Numbered from the stretch's first letter, positions 8,066-17,329 are shown. The stretch is DNA of 18,292 bases from Prevotella sp. (GCA_031285625.1 JAITVV010000079.1:1-18292); one strand, 5' to 3'. Numbers and translations are program-made. The notes: generated by a model not told the origin, from the letters alone.

Positions 8066-9718
8066 ATGAAAAAAATATTTCTACTTTTAGCGGCGATAAC
8101 GCTGCTATCCGGTTGCTCGGAAAGTTTTCTCGATGTTGACGATCTAACTAAAAAAAATAGCCAGAATTTCCCAAAAACACCTGCCGATGCCGAGCAGATG
8201 CTCCCTGCCATCTACAGGACGTTGATTGAACCGAACAATCCCCGGACGCCGTTCTTCGTTTCCGAAATCATGTCTGACGAGCGTTTTGGCGCAGCCGGAG
8301 CAGACGACCGCTTCGCCCGCGCGATAGCTAATTTCAAGGTAACTGACGTCAACGAGTATTTCACGTTGTGGGATAATTATTATAAAGGTATCTTCCGAGC
8401 CAACTCCCTGATTAGCTCGCTTGACAATGTAACTTGGGATAACGAGGAACAGCGTAATCAAATAGAGGGCGAAGCCTATTTTATGCGGGCGTATTATTAC
8501 TTCGACCTTGCGCGGCTTTTCGGAACAGTGCCTTTGGTTTTGGATCCGTTACCGCAGAATAACCCGAGAACCGAAGCCTCTGTCCTGTTCGCGCAGATAG
8601 GCGCCGACCTGAAAATGGCCATCGAAAAATTGCCGACCACACCTTATACCCCAGCATGGGGCGCGGCTAACCTGGGACATGCCACTAAGTGGGCTGCCGA
8701 AGGAATTATGGCGCGGGCATTCCTGTTCTATACCGGCTACTACAAACAGGAAACGATGGGTGAAATTACCAAAGCCCAGGTTATAGCATGGGTAGACGAC
8801 TGTGTTAAGAACAGCGGGCATGATTTATTACCTGACTTCCGGAGCCTGTGGCCTTATTCCTATTCTAAGGATTATCCCTATACAAAAGATAATGGATTGA
8901 CATACATGGGTGAAAGCGGCGCGAATATAGAAGCTATGTTTGTACACCGCCATTATGGCTGGGATTATACGGGCAGGAATCTCGAACAGTTGTTTTACGG
9001 CATGCGTTATCAGGATGACTACAAGGCTTGTTTCCCCTTTGGGCAAGGCTGGGGGGGCGGTACGGTCAATCCCAATACCTTTGCCGCATGGCCAACAGGC
9101 GACCTGCGCCGTAAGGCTTCCATACTGGATGCTAAAGATCCTTCCGAAGGTGTAACCTATCAACCGGGCAAGGAAAATCAGATGGAAGATACCTGGTTAT
9201 TCGGGAAAAAGTATATGCCTATCAATGTAAAAAAAGAAGACGGTTCGTTACTGGCCTATATCAAGGATATGAATCCTAACTACGCGTTTCCGACTTTGGA
9301 TTATATGTCTGAAAACCTGCAGGATTACATATCTCTGCGTTTTGCCGATGTACTGCTGATGGGCGCTGAACTCGGAAGCGGGCAGGCGCAGAGTTACCTC
9401 GACCGTGTCCGTACCCGCGTAAAACTACCTTCGGTTCCGGTTAACATCGAAAATATAAAGGCTGAACGTCGTTGGGAACTTGCCTTTGAGGGTGTTCGCT
9501 ACTTCGACCTGCTTCGCTGGCATGACGAAAACCTGATTACCGAGCATAAGACGAATGTACCGGTACTGAACCGGGGAGTAGATGCTAAAGTGAATACCAA
9601 GTTCCGTTCCGAAACAGGAGGTTTCTTGCCTGTTCCTCTCAACCAGATCGAACTTTCAGGTGGTGTGTTGATACAAACTCCGGGCTGGGAACCTAGCGAT
9701 TTCACTTTCACTGAATAA
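8066..9718 (+). CDS. susD: SusD/RagB nutrient-binding outer-membrane lipoprotein
   Basis: Lipobox LSGC; GEAYFMRAYYYFDLARLFGTVP; LRFADVLLM; ERRWELAFEGVRYFDLLRW; directly follows susC. Confidence 0.97.
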   Translation: MKKIFLLLAAITLLSGCSESFLDVDDLTKKNSQNFPKTPADAEQMLPAIYRTLIEPNNPRTPFFVSEIMSDERFGAAGADDRFARAIANFKVTDVNEYFTLWDNYYKGIFRANSLISSLDNVTWDNEEQRNQIEGEAYFMRAYYYFDLARLFGTVPLVLDPLPQNNPRTEASVLFAQIGADLKMAIEKLPTTPYTPAWGAANLGHATKWAAEGIMARAFLFYTGYYKQETMGEITKAQVIAWVDDCVKNSGHDLLPDFRSLWPYSYSKDYPYTKDNGLTYMGESGANIEAMFVHRHYGWDYTGRNLEQLFYGMRYQDDYKACFPFGQGWGGGTVNPNTFAAWPTGDLRRKASILDAKDPSEGVTYQPGKENQMEDTWLFGKKYMPINVKKEDGSLLAYIKDMNPNYAFPTLDYMSENLQDYISLRFADVLLMGAELGSGQAQSYLDRVRTRVKLPSVPVNIENIKAERRWELAFEGVRYFDLLRWHDENLITEHKTNVPVLNRGVDAKVNTKFRSETGGFLPVPLNQIELSGGVLIQTPGWEPSDFTFTE

Positions 9719-9743
9719 GATTAATATTTTAACAGAACCTATT

Positions 9744-10604
9744 ATGAATAAAATAATATATAGTATTTTGGCAATGGCGCTGCTGATCACATCCTGCAGC
9801 CCCATCGAATCGGACGAAACACTCGGTGGCATTCTTTCTGTGGATGGTATTAAAGCTACAGTGAAAGGCATTACACCCGGAAGCAATAAAATTGTATTGG
9901 TAAACGAAACACCGGGTACGGCTGTTTACTGGGATTATGTTGCGGGGATATCGACACGGCAATCGGATACAGTTGCGCTTCCGTTCTTGGGAACACAGAA
10001 TATTAAGTTGACTGCCTTGTGTGCCGGTGGACAAGTTACAAAGGAGTTTCCTGTAACCATTGAACAAATCGACTATCCGGTCGATCCAACATGGAGTTTA
10101 TTTGCGGGTGATACCCAAGATGGTAAAACTTGGGTATGGGATACCAGTGTTCCATGGGCCGGGCCGTATGGTACCGGCGGATACGGAACCAGTCCAAGAC
10201 CGGATTGGGGAGGTATAGAAAATATAACCAACTTGCCGGCACACAATGGTATAAGCCCTGATCAGGAGATGAAATTTGATTTGAATGGCGGGCCAAACTT
10301 TACAAAACTTACCCTTTCGGGAGAAGTATTGGAAGAAGGTACTTTCAGTTTCTCCATGTACACAACTCCACAACCGACATTGCCGGATATGGGATATCCG
10401 TGGGCTGTTGGGAAATTGACATTTACAGGCGCAACTGTCCTCTCCGGATTCGGTTGGGATGACACTAAAGGCACTACGCCGATTTATGTATTCGATATTG
10501 TCTCATTGACAGACGATACAATGGTTTTGGCGTATGCACCCAGCGGAACGGAATTTGGAAACTGGATGGCAGCAGCAACTATGTGGTGTTTTAAGAAAAA
10601 GTAA
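9744..10604 (+). CDS. Surface lipoprotein in the SusE position, putative glycan-binding protein
   Basis: Lipobox ITSC followed by acidic residues; beta-rich, Trp-rich (GKTWVWD, PWAG, PDWGG); lies after susD. No family recognised. Confidence 0.7.
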   Translation: MNKIIYSILAMALLITSCSPIESDETLGGILSVDGIKATVKGITPGSNKIVLVNETPGTAVYWDYVAGISTRQSDTVALPFLGTQNIKLTALCAGGQVTKEFPVTIEQIDYPVDPTWSLFAGDTQDGKTWVWDTSVPWAGPYGTGGYGTSPRPDWGGIENITNLPAHNGISPDQEMKFDLNGGPNFTKLTLSGEVLEEGTFSFSMYTTPQPTLPDMGYPWAVGKLTFTGATVLSGFGWDDTKGTTPIYVFDIVSLTDDTMVLAYAPSGTEFGNWMAAATMWCFKKK

Positions 10605-10659
10605 GATTAGATAGTTAATCATCCGAATAACACCTGAGTAGACAAAACGTTATATTTAC

Positions 10660-10697
10660 AGAGCGCAGATATAGAATTACGTTGTTATCTGCGCTCT
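10660..10697 (+). terminator. Perfect 12-bp hairpin between the transport and catabolic modules
   Basis: AGAGCGCAGATA (10660-10671) / TATCTGCGCTCT (10686-10697), 14-nt loop. The weak U-tract suggests a leaky terminator or mRNA stabiliser. Confidence 0.6.
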
Positions 10698-10721
10698 TAC
10701 TATACAGACTAAAACATATAT

Positions 10722-11669
10722 ATGGCAAAAACTTATTTAGCACTTGATCTTGGCGGTACAAAACTCCTGATAGGAGAAGTCGACGAACGAGGTAAAATTC
10801 TGAATCATAAAAGGTATGAGACCGGATACATTGACCAGGTTATAGCTTTTTCCATCATTAAAGCATCATTGGATGATTATATCAAAACTGTTGGATGGGC
10901 CACCGATCAGAAACCAGAGAGTATGGGAGTCGGGCTTATCGGCCGTGTTGACAATGCCGGTGGTATCTGGTTGCAAATGGACCCGAAACGGAATCAGCCG
11001 ACCCCTTTAGCAAAGGAATTATCGGAAGCCTATAGTATACCTTGTTATATAGATAATGATGTGAAAAGCGCTACCCGAGCTGAAAAGGAATGGGGCTATG
11101 GCAAACAATCCAAAGATTTCATCTATATAAATATCGGAACTGGTATTGCTGCAGGATTTATTATCAATGGAAACCTTGTCAGAGGCAGTCATTTCAATGC
11201 CGGAGAAGTAGGACATACGAATGTTGGTATAAACATTGGCATAAAATGTGGTTGCGGACGCGATAACTGTGTCGAGCTGATTGCTGCAGGCGTAGGATTC
11301 GACCGTTCTGCCCGCTTGTTGAAGGATAAATATACAACCCAACTGACTATCTCGGAAGATGAAAATATCAAAGTAAATGTAAGGGAAGTCTATTCACTAT
11401 ATGAACAAGGCGATGAACTTTGTATCCATCTGGTTGACAATGCAGCAGAAGGTATAGCAGGGCTTATAATGAATCTGGTACGTGTAAGTGACCCCGATAC
11501 AGTCGTTTTAGGCGGAGGCATTGTTTCCAGTGGATTTATGTATCCGAAAGTATTGGAAAAATTGAACAAGACTACAATCCGTTTTGTAACTAACGGAGTT
11601 GTGCTTACTCAGCTTGACCCGGCTTTCATCGGATTAATCGGTGCAGCGGCAGTAGCAATGAATAAGTAG
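10722..11669 (+). CDS. ROK-family sugar kinase (no HTH)
   Basis: ALDLGGTK ATP motif at the N-terminus; YINIGTGIAAG; AGEVGH; Zn motif CGCGRDNCVE; DPDTVVLGGG. Confidence 0.92.
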   Translation: MAKTYLALDLGGTKLLIGEVDERGKILNHKRYETGYIDQVIAFSIIKASLDDYIKTVGWATDQKPESMGVGLIGRVDNAGGIWLQMDPKRNQPTPLAKELSEAYSIPCYIDNDVKSATRAEKEWGYGKQSKDFIYINIGTGIAAGFIINGNLVRGSHFNAGEVGHTNVGINIGIKCGCGRDNCVELIAAGVGFDRSARLLKDKYTTQLTISEDENIKVNVREVYSLYEQGDELCIHLVDNAAEGIAGLIMNLVRVSDPDTVVLGGGIVSSGFMYPKVLEKLNKTTIRFVTNGVVLTQLDPAFIGLIGAAAVAMNK

Positions 11670-11742
11670 TTTCATTATTTAAGGTTTCAAAATTTCAATA
11701 TTGAGACCTAAATCTTGAAACATGAAACATGAAATCTTGAAA
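11669..11742. repeat. Intergenic heptamer array with inverted arrangement
   Basis: GTTTCAT (11669), GTTTCAA (11684), ATTTCAA (11692), then CTTGAAA (11714), CATGAAA (11721), CATGAAA (11728), CTTGAAA (11736). Confidence 0.7.
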
Positions 11743-11752
11743 TAACAAATAT

Positions 11753-12484
11753 ATGAATTTAAAAATCACAATTGCAAAAGACGAAAAAGAATTTGACCGT
11801 ATTGCTGCATGGCGGATTATTGCTGAAATGCTGAATAAACCCAATGCAGTTATCGGCCTTTCTACCGGGCAAACCACTAAGAATATGCATGCTATCGTTA
11901 GTGGACTCTACAAGATGCATCCATTTGATGTTTCCGGTATTACTCTTTTTGGCCTTGATGAAATAACCAATGTTCCCAGGGAATATGATGGTGCATGCTA
12001 TACGATGATAAAAACACAGATAGCGGATGCACTTGGTATCAAAGATGAGAATTTTATTATGCCTCCGACCCTTTCCAATGATTTTGAGAAAGAATGCCAT
12101 ATATTCCAGAAAGCACTGGAAGACCGTGGAGGTGTCGATTTACAAATACTGGGATTAGGCACTAACGGACATTTGGGATTTAATCAGCCGGGTACACCTT
12201 TCGAGCAGGAAACATGGATATCGAAAATAGATGAAGTGCTTGAAAAACGTGTTCGTAAAGAAACCGGAATTACAGATAAAGCACTTGGAGGACTTACGTT
12301 AGGTATTAAAAATATTATGCACTCCCGCAAAATTCTTCTGGCTGCCAAAGGAGACAGTAAAGCTGAAATTGTAAAACAAATGCTACAGGGGCCTATAACC
12401 ACGGATATTCCGGCATCAATACTTCAATTGCATCCAAACTGCGAATTCCTTCTGGATACGGCATCTGCAAAATATATTATTTAA
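11753..12484 (+). CDS. nagB: Glucosamine/galactosamine-6-phosphate deaminase family protein (divergent NagB-like)
   Basis: VIGLSTGQT, FGLDE, GGVDLQILGLGTNGHLGFNQPG, TLGIKNIMHSRKILL, GPITTDIPASILQLHP. Confidence 0.8.
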   Translation: MNLKITIAKDEKEFDRIAAWRIIAEMLNKPNAVIGLSTGQTTKNMHAIVSGLYKMHPFDVSGITLFGLDEITNVPREYDGACYTMIKTQIADALGIKDENFIMPPTLSNDFEKECHIFQKALEDRGGVDLQILGLGTNGHLGFNQPGTPFEQETWISKIDEVLEKRVRKETGITDKALGGLTLGIKNIMHSRKILLAAKGDSKAEIVKQMLQGPITTDIPASILQLHPNCEFLLDTASAKYII

Positions 12485-12503
12485 ATACTATAAATCTAAA
12501 GCT

Positions 12504-13817
12504 ATGACACAAAAGCAAGTAAATTATATAGGGCCATTTATAACATTGGTATTCCTATTCTTTGTTGTGGGATTCCTGACGACAGCAAACGGACAGTTTC
12601 AAGGCCCATTGAAAGCGGCTTTCCTGCAAAATGCGGGCGACCTTAAAAATACTTTCGCCACATTGATTACCTTTTCCTGGTTCCTTGCCTACCCGTTAAC
12701 CGGAGGCATTGGTTCTGCATGGGTAACAAAATACGGATACAAAGGGACATTGGTTCGAGGGCTGTTCATTATGATTGCCGGGCTGTTTATCTTTTTCCTT
12801 TCTTCCTGGTTCACCGTTCAGTTTCCTGACTCCAGCGTACAAATAGCATCCGCTACCGTGCCTTCCGGATTCTTTATATTCCTTATCGGTTCGTTTGTGG
12901 TAGGAGCCTCTGCAACTATTCTGCAGGTAGTAATCAATCCGTATCTGGTAGCCTGTACGGTAAAAGGGACGCAACCTATCCAGCGATTGGCTATAGGAGG
13001 TTCCTCCAATTCCATAGGTACTACTATTGCTCCGTTCTTTGTCACGGGTATTGTTTTTGGCGGTTTGTCGATGGAACAAGTACAAGTAAGTCAGCTTATG
13101 ATGCCATTCATCGCATTGGTTGTAGTTATGCTGATTGTAGCTTTAGTGGTAATGAAATTATCATTACCTGACATTGAAGGAACAAAAGCGGAAGTTGGAG
13201 AGAAGCTTGAAAAGAGCGTTTGGTCATTTACTCACCTTACTTTAGGCGTTATCGCTATATTTTTCTATGTGGGTGTAGAAGTTGCTATCGGAGCTAATAT
13301 AAACCTGTATGCCATTGAGCAGGAAGCGCTGAACGGCCCGTTCTCATTCTTCGGTAGTAGTTCACTTACCATATTCGGCATCAATTTCGCTATTCCGGCA
13401 CTGATGGCAACACTTTATTGGGGTGGTATGCTTATTGGTCGTCTGGTCGGAAGCTCGCTGAGTAAGGTTCCGCCACGTGTACAACTGGTAGTAACAACTG
13501 TTTCAGCTACTACTCTAACTATTTTAGCTATCGTGATGAATAGTCCGTGGTTACTTGTTGCAGTTGGTTTATTCCATTCTATAATGTGGGGAGCTATATT
13601 CACTCTTTCTGTGGCGAAGTTGGGAAAATATACTTCTGTCGCATCCGGCGTATTTATGATTGGTGTAGTTGGGGGAGCAATTCTTCCGCTTCTGCAAGGT
13701 ATGCTTGCCGATGCAATGGGAGGCTGGAGATGGACATGGCTGATTGTCATCTTCGGTGAACTATTTATGTTGTATTATGCATTGTTAGGCTCGCGTATAC
13801 GCCAGTCTGCTGAGTAA
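12504..13817 (+). CDS. MFS sugar:H+ symporter, FucP/GluP/NagP family
   Basis: About 12 hydrophobic helices; GYKGTL, LQVVINPY, NSIGTTIAP, GVIAIFFYVGVEV, YWGGMLIGR, GLFHSIMW, VGGAILPLLQG. Confidence 0.92.
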   Translation: MTQKQVNYIGPFITLVFLFFVVGFLTTANGQFQGPLKAAFLQNAGDLKNTFATLITFSWFLAYPLTGGIGSAWVTKYGYKGTLVRGLFIMIAGLFIFFLSSWFTVQFPDSSVQIASATVPSGFFIFLIGSFVVGASATILQVVINPYLVACTVKGTQPIQRLAIGGSSNSIGTTIAPFFVTGIVFGGLSMEQVQVSQLMMPFIALVVVMLIVALVVMKLSLPDIEGTKAEVGEKLEKSVWSFTHLTLGVIAIFFYVGVEVAIGANINLYAIEQEALNGPFSFFGSSSLTIFGINFAIPALMATLYWGGMLIGRLVGSSLSKVPPRVQLVVTTVSATTLTILAIVMNSPWLLVAVGLFHSIMWGAIFTLSVAKLGKYTSVASGVFMIGVVGGAILPLLQGMLADAMGGWRWTWLIVIFGELFMLYYALLGSRIRQSAE

Positions 13818-13831
13818 TACGTATTTATTTT

Positions 13832-13945
13832 TTGTCATGTTGAATTGGCAAAGCCGAACGCTGTTTCGAAGAATCAGAGCAAAGAGAAGTATAGAATAAC
13901 TCGTATCTGTAAGGTCGGGATTCTTCTATTACTTCAGAACGACAA
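13832..13945. repeat. Degenerate palindromic REP/MITE-like element
   Basis: Outer arms TTGTCATGTTGAA (13832-13844) / TTCAGAACGACAA (13933-13945), 10/13 complementary. Inner arms GAAGAATC (13868-13875) / GATTCTTC (13919-13926), perfect. Confidence 0.65.
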
Positions 13946-14051
13946 GGAGAGTAAAAAAGTAACAAATAAAAACAATGTAAAAAGTGTCACATTTGACTAC
14001 GCTTCGCTCCGTCGATTTTCAATTGTCACCTTTTTGAAAAATATCCTGCTT

Positions 14052-16487
14052 ATGAAGAGATTATCAATTTATTCATTGTCACTTTTCTGTTTCCTGCATG
14101 GTTGGGCTCAGATTTCACTTACGTCCGACAAACAGCTCGAGAAAGAGATTATACAAAGTGGCATCATACACAGTCCGCTTCCTCTCGACTTTTCGAGGTC
14201 TGCAGAGGCAAAAGGTTTGCAGAAGAAGATACTTTACTCTGAACCTGTATCGACTTCTGATAAGGACTGGAAAGCTACAGGACAAGGTAAATTATCCAAA
14301 GCGGAAGGAAAGTCTTTGTTGCTAGGTTATCCCGCATCAACAGGAAAAAGAGCCGCAGGCTCACTTTCCGACCCGGATTATGCCGTATATGGCAATGCCG
14401 GCATGACCCTCGAAATAAACGGGGCAAACTGGGAGAAATATAACCGGATCGCTTTTGTTATCAATCCGATGTGTGACGGCGCACGGGTGGTAAATATCAA
14501 TTTTAATATCGAGAACGGAGATACACCCAAGAAAAAGGGATACAACAGGCAATCGGGCTCCCACCTGATTAACCTGAATAATAAAGAGGTTAATACTTGT
14601 TATCTCGATTTAGGGGAATACCAGCGGGATAAAGTAAAAAGAATCAGCTTTAATGTAAGTATCAAGGGAAAAGACCGTACCAACGGCGATACATTCAATT
14701 ACTTTTTTGACAAAATAGAACTTCAACAAATAGAAGACCCGGAAATAATAAGTGGATGGCAACCCGGAAATAATAGAATCGTATATTCCACTACAGGTTA
14801 TATGCTCAATGACAATAAAACAGCCATTGTAAATGTAGCCAATCATAACAGCCGGTTTCAGTTGCTGGATGCTCAGAATAATGAAATCTTCTACAATGGG
14901 CAGATTAAGAAGAACCAAACAACTATCGGTGAATTCGATGTAGCTGATTTTTCAGAATTCAATCAATCTGGTACTTTCAGGCTGAAAGTAGGAGATGTTA
15001 CAACAGAACCTTTTGTAATAGGAGCAAATATCTGGGATAACTCTCTATGGCGGGTATTGAACTATATTTTCTGCCAGCGTTGCGGTTACCCTGTCCCGGG
15101 TAAACATGGAACATGCCATATCGACCTTTGCTCAAAGCATGATGGTAAAATGATTTCATTTGCAGGGGGCTGGCATGATGCAGGCGACCTTTCTCAGCAG
15201 GTACTTCAAACAGGAGATGTGACTTTCGCTCTATTGGAAGGATATAACAAACTGAAAAATAAGAATGAGATTCTGGCAAGGCGTATGCTCGAAGAGGCCG
15301 AGTGGGGATTGGAGTTTATGCTTCGCAACCGTTATGGTGATGGATTCAGGGCGAGTAGTGTAGGCTTGCTTATCTGGCAGGATGGTATTTTTGGCACATT
15401 GGATGATATAACAAGTGTACGTGTCCATAATTCTGCGTTTGACAACTTTCTGCTCTCGGCTTATGAGGCTTTTGCTGCTATGTCTCTTAAAGACCATGAC
15501 CCCATGCTCCATGAATACCTGATGCGGGTAGCTAAAGAGGATTTCGAATTTGCCTTAAAAAGACATGCTGAAGTTGGTTATGGAGAGTTTATTCATTTCT
15601 ATGAACATAGCTATAATACTTCGGAGAGCCAGTATATGGCAACCATATCATGGGCAGCCAGCATGTTGTATAAACTGACGGGGGATAAGTACTATGCCGG
15701 AAAAGCAGTGGAATATATCAATTATACGTTGGATTGTCAGCGAAAAGAACCATTGAATGATAAAGACAAGACCAAAGGTTTCTTCTACCGTGATAAATCG
15801 AAGAAAGTAATTGTGCATTACAATCATCAGTCGCGTGAGCAGGTATATATGCAGGCTATGACTTTACTTTGTGAGACACAGCCGCAACATGCCGACTACA
15901 GTAAATGGACTGAATCGGTTCGGCTGTATGGCGATTATCTGAAAGGATTGATGAAATATACTGCCCCTTACGGGATGATAGCAAGTGGTGTGTACCATAT
16001 TGACGAAGCTAAAGATGAAGTCAGCTTCCAGCATTCTCACCTGTTTGTTGATGGCAGTGAAAAAGAAAGGTATGTAGAGCAGCTCAAAAAAGCAGTTAAA
16101 TTGGATAGTGAACATTACCTGAAACGTTTTCCTGTTTCTTTTGGTATTTTCAATGGAAATACAGCAGTTCACCTCTCCATGGGTAAGGCTGCGGCTATAT
16201 GTGGGAAATTCCTGAATGACGAACAACTGCTTCAAATAGGGCGCGAACAATTATATTGGACTGTAGGCAAAAATCCGTTCGGCCAATCCCTGATTTATGG
16301 AGAGGGGCATAATTATCCGCAAATGGATACATTCTCTTCCGGAGAAATGACAGGGGAAATGCCTGTTGGTATCCGTGCTCTCGATGATGAAGATATTCCT
16401 TATTGGCCGCAAACCAATAATGCTACCTACAAAGAGGTTTGGGTAACTTCTGCAGGTAAGTGGATAACATTGATTTCCGAGTATTAA
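14052..16487 (+). CDS. GH9 family glycoside hydrolase with N-terminal extension and Ig-like (CelD_N) domain, secreted
   Basis: Start moved to ATG 14052 (signal peptide MKRLSIYSLSLFCFLHGWAQ). Ig-like YSTTGY...KTAIV...DFSEFNQSGTFRL; FCQRCG; GGWHDAGD; EEAEWGLEFM; GKNPFGQSLIYGEG; C-terminal YKEVW (candidate catalytic acid). Confidence 0.88.
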   Translation: MKRLSIYSLSLFCFLHGWAQISLTSDKQLEKEIIQSGIIHSPLPLDFSRSAEAKGLQKKILYSEPVSTSDKDWKATGQGKLSKAEGKSLLLGYPASTGKRAAGSLSDPDYAVYGNAGMTLEINGANWEKYNRIAFVINPMCDGARVVNINFNIENGDTPKKKGYNRQSGSHLINLNNKEVNTCYLDLGEYQRDKVKRISFNVSIKGKDRTNGDTFNYFFDKIELQQIEDPEIISGWQPGNNRIVYSTTGYMLNDNKTAIVNVANHNSRFQLLDAQNNEIFYNGQIKKNQTTIGEFDVADFSEFNQSGTFRLKVGDVTTEPFVIGANIWDNSLWRVLNYIFCQRCGYPVPGKHGTCHIDLCSKHDGKMISFAGGWHDAGDLSQQVLQTGDVTFALLEGYNKLKNKNEILARRMLEEAEWGLEFMLRNRYGDGFRASSVGLLIWQDGIFGTLDDITSVRVHNSAFDNFLLSAYEAFAAMSLKDHDPMLHEYLMRVAKEDFEFALKRHAEVGYGEFIHFYEHSYNTSESQYMATISWAASMLYKLTGDKYYAGKAVEYINYTLDCQRKEPLNDKDKTKGFFYRDKSKKVIVHYNHQSREQVYMQAMTLLCETQPQHADYSKWTESVRLYGDYLKGLMKYTAPYGMIASGVYHIDEAKDEVSFQHSHLFVDGSEKERYVEQLKKAVKLDSEHYLKRFPVSFGIFNGNTAVHLSMGKAAAICGKFLNDEQLLQIGREQLYWTVGKNPFGQSLIYGEGHNYPQMDTFSSGEMTGEMPVGIRALDDEDIPYWPQTNNATYKEVWVTSAGKWITLISEY

Positions 16488-16515
16488 ATTATAAATATTT
16501 ATAAATATTGACAAC

Positions 16516-17325
16516 ATGAAAAGGGTTTATCTAGTGCTATTTATGGCAATTGCAATGATAAGTTGCAGCAACAATACTGCTAAGACTCAAAACGAGTCTT
16601 CCATTCAGTCAGAAGAAAATAAAGCGACAAATACAAATCCGTTCAAAGCCCTTGTCCTAACAGAAAGAGGAGGTCAACACGGAAGTTTTACAGACGCTTC
16701 CTTCAAATGGCTGGATACTTTCTCAAAAGAGAATAGTTTTGAATATACAGAGATAAATAATACTGAGAAAATCAATGAGAAATTCCTGTCTCAATATCAG
16801 GTAATCATTCAACTGGATTTTCCACCTTACACATGGACAAAAGAAGCTGAAGCTGCTTTTATCAAATATATAGAAGAAGGTAGAGGCGGTTGGGTTGGGT
16901 TCCATCACGCTACCTTGTTGGGCGAGTTCGATGGTTATCCGATGTGGCAGTGGTTTTCCGGTTTTATGGGTGGTATCCGCTTCAAAAATTATATTGCCGG
17001 GAAAGCAGCAGCAACTGTCTATGTGGAAGACAAGGAGCATCCTGTAATGAAAGGTGTACATGATTCATTCCTTATACCAAATGATGAATGGTATACTTTT
17101 GATAAGAGTCCCAGACCGAACGTACATGTGTTGGCACGCGTAGATGAGTCGAGCTACCAACCGGAATCTGACATAAAGATGGGAGACCATCCTGCTATCT
17201 GGACAAACCGGAAAGTAAAAGCACGGAATGTATATTTCCTCATGGGACACGAGAATACATTATATGCTTCGGAGGATTTTAAGAAAATGTTTGCTAATGC
17301 TATTTTATGGGCAGCTAACAGATAA
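16516..17325 (+). CDS. ThuA-domain lipoprotein (class I glutamine amidotransferase-like fold)
   Basis: Lipobox MISC; YIEEGRGGWVGFHHA, HPVMKG, DEWYTF, VDESSY, MGDHPAIWT, YFLMGH. Confidence 0.88.
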   Translation: MKRVYLVLFMAIAMISCSNNTAKTQNESSIQSEENKATNTNPFKALVLTERGGQHGSFTDASFKWLDTFSKENSFEYTEINNTEKINEKFLSQYQVIIQLDFPPYTWTKEAEAAFIKYIEEGRGGWVGFHHATLLGEFDGYPMWQWFSGFMGGIRFKNYIAGKAAATVYVEDKEHPVMKGVHDSFLIPNDEWYTFDKSPRPNVHVLARVDESSYQPESDIKMGDHPAIWTNRKVKARNVYFLMGHENTLYASEDFKKMFANAILWAANR

Positions 17326-17329
17326 TGGT

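Noticed and set aside
9051-9057. G7 tract in susD (and A8 at 8150-8157) as phase-variation sites
   Set aside because: Short, in frame and explained by Trp-Gly-Gly-Gly or Lys-Lys-Asn codons; no evidence of slippage.
11669-11742. Repeat array as CRISPR
   Set aside because: Units are 7 nt with no unique spacers, and there are no cas genes in the window.
13845-14051. TTG-start extension of GH9 (880 aa)
   Set aside because: It runs through a palindromic repeat, and a proper signal peptide starts at ATG 14052.
17228-17329. Longer start for the second ThuA gene
   Set aside because: It overlaps the upstream gene by ~100 nt, and the signal peptide begins at 17330.
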